Part shown: positions 58,917 to 64,000 of the stretch, piece by piece | Layout: every line of letters begins with the position of its first letter | Numbering within the stretch: position 1 is the stretch's first letter | Assembly: GCF_964204865.1 (NCBI RefSeq) | Contig: NC_135250.1 | Location: 27,218,001 to 27,282,000 of the forward strand | Origin: Styela clava | Taxonomy: Eukaryota | Length of the DNA stretch: 64,000 nucleotides | Reading direction: 5' to 3' | The notes under the pieces: generated by a model | The model's input: only the letters and a program-made list of their open reading frames with translations | What the model was told of the DNA's origin: nothing | Database searches by the model: none | Position numbers and translations under genes: made by a program

Positions 58917-61900
58917 TCAGCGATAGAATATCAGAATGGCCGAGGAAATGTCCTTCTGTGAATGGGCAAGTCCGCTCGGTACATCATCATCGATGACGTA
59001 TTTTCCATTTCCAGCCCAACCTGAAACAAAAGAAAAATTGTTTCAACTTCGAAAGATTATCTGGCGTTTCTAGTTGGACAAGAATCACCGGTTGTTAAAA
59101 GTAAGATCGACCGAAACAGACTCTGATCAATTAATATTTAATTTCCCTGTATTGCAGTTAACACACACACAACTGAGGCGTTTTCAGGCGAATTGTTTGG
59201 GATAGATGCCTGATAAAATGAGCAATAACTAACCAGACAACATTAAAAAATACAGAGGTTAATTTGAGGGTACTCCTGTAGTATGTTAACCAAGATGGCG
59301 GACACCGGAGCGTAGTATGTGTACCAGGTTAGGGTTAGTCCATAATTTCAGGTACAAATACTACGGGAGTCACTTGGTTAGTCCCCGAACTCGTAATGAA
59401 CTAAAATAAGGGGAAAAAAGCCTAATCTCAACCTGGTACACATACTAGGTTCCAGTGTCCGCCATCTTGGTTCACATACTGCGGGAGTACCAATTTGAGT
59501 AGGCCTACTCATTGATGCATTTTTCATACACATACACACCACAATCTCACACTTGCGAATACACAACACATTACTCATTGGTCTGTTATTCGCACATCAT
59601 TTTTTTGTACAGATGCAATGCAGAATCGTAAGTGGCCTGGGGAAAAATTAGCCAATCCGAGCAGTCTAGAAAACAATTTTGATCTTTTGTACAAAGCTCC
59701 CGCCACTAGTGCAGAAATGTGAAATTTGAGAAAAACACCATCGCCACGTTTTAAAATAACAAATAGTAATTATTCTGTTAGGGTCAGGAATGATTTCAAT
59801 TTCCAGCGCAATCTGCAATCTTAACCCTAACTGGATAATTAATAGTTTTCTTATTTTAGTCGTTGACAGGGATGTTTTTTAACGAGGTCTTTTCACTATA
59901 GATTCAACATTTTCAACATCAGCGACATTATACGTAGTGGCCCATTAGAGTGTTGCTTGTTTATATTCATGTCAGTATGCTAGGCCAGCCATGTGAATCA
60001 ACTTGTTTGGCTTCGTCTATAATAGTGCAAAGTTGGTGGCAAGTTTGTTTACAGTTGCCTAACAAAATAAATTAATGAACTTCTAATATATTGAAAATAT
60101 TTGGCCAATTTAAAATGTAAGTGTGTGCAATCTGCATAATTGCAATTTGCGAATTTTTATTTTCGAGGGAACAAATCAACAATCCTGTATTTGAATTATC
60201 ATTCGGGCTGAAGGAAGAATTTGGTACGAATTCAAAGTTCTTACCGGCAAAATCTCCACATCGACCGTGTTCTCCTAATTCTGACGATAATCCTCCAATG
60301 CAGACATATTCTGGGTCGCTTGATGTCACCCTGACATAAGTACAGTCAGTCAATAATTAAATTTTCACCATGCTGAAAATACACTCTGCACGAACATTGG
60401 GTAGGTAATATGACTTTTAAGGGAATGGAGAAGCAAAAAAAACAATACTGGTTATCCAGCAGCACCTGTGGTTACGTCCAATATTGATACAGCGGGAATA
60501 GAAAAAATCACAATAAATATATTCAAAAAGTTTTACGTCAAAGAACCTAATCTGTTAAAAAGTGAAGAAAAAGACACCGAACACCGGTAAGTAACGGAGT
60601 TCTAGGATGAATCCGTGAATTGGAACGGTTATTTCGCGACGAGACTTATTTCTTACACGTTAAGTGTAAGGTATTAAACACGGAATATTTTATTCGAGCT
60701 CCAATATCTTCATCTCACGAAAAGCCAAAGATATTTTTCACACATCAAAAAAGGCATCTGCAAACGCGCTAACGTAATTAAAGCACTAACTCTAATCGCC
60801 GAAGAATATTATATGTAATAAGCATTTAAAAACGTAATTGGGCTCGAGAAATTAAACTTACAGACTGTATCTAAACGTAGTTTCTAAATTGTTATACAAC
60901 TCGCAGCTTATTTTGTTTAAGTTTTTCATTTCAGCTAATTTTTGCAAAAAGTATACTGGCGCTCCAGAAGCATATGTATCCAAATGGAGGTACGGTAATT
61001 AAATTTTTTTCGTCTATTTTACATGTTGTGTAAAGGGACGGATATTCACTTGGTTAACACAAACAGTCCCCGAACGTGTAATAGAACTAAACTAAGGAAA
61101 ATTAGAATATAATTATGCCCTAATCCTAACTCTAACGTGTGGTACACACACGGCGGGAGTGCCAATATACTTTTGGTTCAGATATCTATGAAGAAGATAT
61201 TTATATAACGAACAATAAAGTGACTAACTCCACGCCCGGACACATTGCGTTTGGATATCCATTTTTGTTGTAAGCTCGGAATTGTAGGAATCCAGGTTCA
61301 ACAAATGGTTTGAAGTTTTCGGGAATACTCTTCAGGATTATTGCGGTACTACCTTTATAGAATTCTATACGTACAACTAGTCCATCTTGCTCTTTATTTT
61401 CTGAATTGAATTAAAAAATAAAATTTGAAGACCAGGTTCTCTTTTGTATCGTACCCACTGACAATAGGCTATCAGTATTTCGGAAAACCATGCTGAATTT
61501 ATAGCTCTATATCAATACAACAACGTGACATAAGTTTACATAGAACAACATGGGCTTGGTGCGTGAACTTTGTGGTGGATGAAGACGTAACCGACCACCG
61601 GTTACGTGAACAACCCCACGACATCAAGGAATCAAGTATCCCTCTCACACATAATTAACCCCCACAAAATTTGATCTGCAAACCCGCTTGGGTAATCAGG
61701 GGTGCGATGTCGAGCGTATTCCTAACGCTTACCATGATGAGTCAACCGCCAGGTCAGGGAAGGCTTATTTTTTAAAAAGCACAGCCTACCATATCTTAGT
61801 TCTTCTATTTAATTATCAGATGTTTCAAAGTGAATTAACCTAAACGACTCCAATCCAACTTGCTTGGATTACTAAGAGCACCCAGTTTTGTGGAGACTTG

Positions 61901-63630
61901 GGTTTGCCATATGATTAAACCGTCTTATTGGCTTTCCTCTCCCCATATCAATTTGAAAATTTTTATTATCTATTACAATGATTTCGATATACTTACCCGT
62001 ATTGAATAAATTTGGAATCTCAGACACTGTTCTTAAAATGACATTTGACACTTCGTCCAACTGATCTAAAGTTATGTTGTTACCCGCGGTTCTGAAAATA
62101 AGTGAACTAATTTTAAAATAAATATTCGTATTAAGTGTATTGAATTGTACCTCGCAATCTATCAACGCATTAAACAATCACGACATTTGACCCTGCTGGC
62201 GTACCCTGTTCGTCCGTCAATAGCATGATGATTTGATTGAAAAAATATTCTTCGGTTCGCGTTGCTTAATTTAGTTGAAAATTGAGTTAATAAAAGTTTA
62301 GTGTATGAACTTATTTATTTCTGTGTTAGGTTCATCACATTAAATTAATTAATTACCGATATTTAATCATAACCTATATATATATACCAGTAACGGGGTA
62401 GCTCAAGGAACCATTTATCGAAGTCCCGAATCGACACCAGTCTAAATGAAACAACTCGAACCTGCCATCCACTAAAGTGAAGTAGCAGTGAAATTGAATT
62501 TAGTGAACTCGAATGGGCCGTACATCGACTTGACTCATCGTTTAGGGAATTCTTCCCAGCACTAGCCCATATAAATTTGTATACAGGAAAAAATTTGGCC
62601 AGGTGACTGAGCTATTTTAGAGAATTGTTAACAACAACGTACGGTTAGCGTTTCTGGATATATATAAGATAAAATATATTTGTATGTAAATAGGCTCAGT
62701 GGCTACAGGATAAATTATTTTAGTGTTTCGTTATCAAAACAACTAAGTATCTGTTGCTGGATAATGCAGTAGGGCACGAGAAACCCTCGAACAGTTCGTT
62801 ATTTGGTACTCCTGAAGCGTGTGTACCAGGTTAGGGTTAGGCCATAATTTTACTCCGATTTTTCGGAGCAAGTTAGGTGACTGTCTGTGTTAGCCAAACA
62901 AATATACCTCCTGCCCATAGGTTTCAGTCCCTTCACACAACTTACAAAATTAGTTACGTTAATATTGGTGCACACACTTCTGGAGCGCCCTTATTTTGAT
63001 GCATCGTTACCATAACAACTAATTAAGTTTTGCTGGATAATGCTATGTTGCTCGAGGAACCCTCGTACGGTTCATTATTTAGCAATTAATATTTGTGATG
63101 TAAGTCGGATACTAAATTTTATAAGTTATAATTAATATTTTTTTTATTTGTATATATTTTCATAGAATAATTTTCAATGGCAAATCGTTGTCTAATGGAA
63201 TAAATCAAGTAAGCCAGACGATCCAGACATCAATTTTTGCCTTTTTTTTTCTTTTTGAAGTATAAATAATTATAACGAGGCCTTCAATCAGTATTGAATA
63301 TCGAAACTTATTTGTCGTATTTCACTTCAGAAAACATTAGTTTCATCAATATTATAATTATATATAGCGCCCAGGGCCCAAAACAGACATGATCCGGCTC
63401 TGCTTGTTGGCTGTGATAAATTGCTTTTATAAATAGAAACAAGAATAGAAATACATGAAAGATCAAGTATAGCTAAACAAAGCTCAAATAACTAATTACT
63501 TTGCCTACCTTGTCAGCAACATGTATCCCATAATAAAGTTGGACGGGCTTCCACTTACGCGATACCTCGCTTCATATCTTGGTTTGATATACGTATTCTC
63601 AAATGTTGTTGGTTTATTCGAGATCCAGTT
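58917..63630 (-). CDS. Intelectin (X-type lectin)-like protein, 3' part (last 5 exons; 5' exons not identified, probably beyond the window)
   Basis: Exons 63630-63509, 62091-61997, 61400-61229, 60330-60245, 59020-58917; phases consistent. Translation ends EPGFLQFRAYNKNGYPNAMCPGVEVTSSDPEYVCIGG...RCGDFAGW...ISSAILIFYR*, matching the intelectin C-terminus (GFVQFRVFN...CIGG...CGDF...AVLLFYR). Confidence 0.85.
59269..59491. mobile_element. Merlin-like MITE subtype A
   Basis: GG...CC ends, long TIRs with CAAGATGGCG; exact TSD AATTTGAG. Confidence 0.88.
60958..61163 (+). mobile_element. Merlin-like MITE subtype B
   Basis: TSD AGTATACT/AATATACT. Confidence 0.82.
61545..61750 (-). mobile_element. 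SINE copy (5' part); a 3' fragment lies at ~61895-61945 on +
   Basis: gtaaccgaccaccggttacgtgaac...gagcgtattcctaacgctta, collinear with 41205-41400. Confidence 0.75.
62805..62989 (-). mobile_element. Merlin-like MITE subtype B
   Basis: GGTACTCC...GGAGCGCC; lies between two copies of a ~50-bp local duplication. Confidence 0.8.
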
Positions 63631-63945
63631 CTGAAAGTTTAAAATAAAATACATACATGAGAAATAAATTGATATATTTGTACAAAGAAATGGCTGAAGC
63701 TTGGCTTCTTGAGGTGTTTTCATCAGAACGTTTGGTTTTTGTGGGCGATTCGATTTAGAAATTGTCGCAAGAAATTACATTCGAGTAAGTTGTATTACTT
63801 AGAAAATATCAATTGCACGACTGAGAAAAATATAAGCTCGTGCAAGATCACTGTGTGTTTAATCCACCTAGTTAATGTCACAGACCATCTTTTATGTCCG
63901 TGTTGATGTTGTAATATGTATATTTTATGAACACATTATGCTATT

Positions 63946-64000
63946 AACTCGTAATAGAACTAAAATGAGGAAAGTCGGAATGAAATTATGGCCTAACCCT
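63946..64000 (+). mobile_element. Merlin-like MITE fragment running off the window end
   Basis: aactcgtaatagaactaaaatgaggaaagtcggaatgaaattatggcctaaccct. Confidence 0.7.

Noticed and set aside
1-64000. CRISPR arrays, rRNA, prokaryotic operons or defence systems
   Set aside because: The sequence is spliceosomal-intron-containing animal DNA; no regularly spaced repeat-spacer array or rRNA-like segment was seen.

Overview
This is eukaryotic, AT-rich (roughly one-third GC by eye), intron-containing animal DNA with no prokaryotic features, CRISPR array or rRNA. Compact introns, an intelectin-like gene and vertebrate-like housekeeping genes suggest an invertebrate chordate, probably an ascidian (inference). 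I reconstructed eight protein-coding genes by hand from GT-AG boundaries and checked reading-frame phase: (1) exon 1 of a MOLO-1/TPM-like secreted or membrane protein (-); (2) a 10-exon coiled-coil/SR-rich/C-terminal CAP-Gly protein (-); (3) a 5-exon FAR1/WRKY-GCM1-type (MULE-derived) zinc finger fused to a BESS motif (+); (4,5) a head-to-head pair with intronless CDSs, GALK1 (-) and CHORDC1 (+); (6) 6-exon DMAC2/ATP5SL (+); (7) 3-exon DHRS12 (-); (8) the last five exons of a divergent intelectin (-). Non-coding DNA is dense in small transposons: about 15 copies or fragments of a GG...CC, 8-bp-TSD (Merlin-like) MITE family carrying TTAGGG motifs, a tRNA-derived SINE family, hAT and Tc1/pogo MITEs, and LINE 3' ends. 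There is also a 2.6-kb fold-back element built from two THAP-exon-bearing left ends, hinged on a SINE and interrupted by a LINE. The most novel candidates are the FAR1-BESS chimeric gene, the THAP fold-back element, the modular telomere-motif MITE family, enriched TACCGGTA/TACGGTA motifs that look like transposon excision footprints, and the remodelled intelectin.
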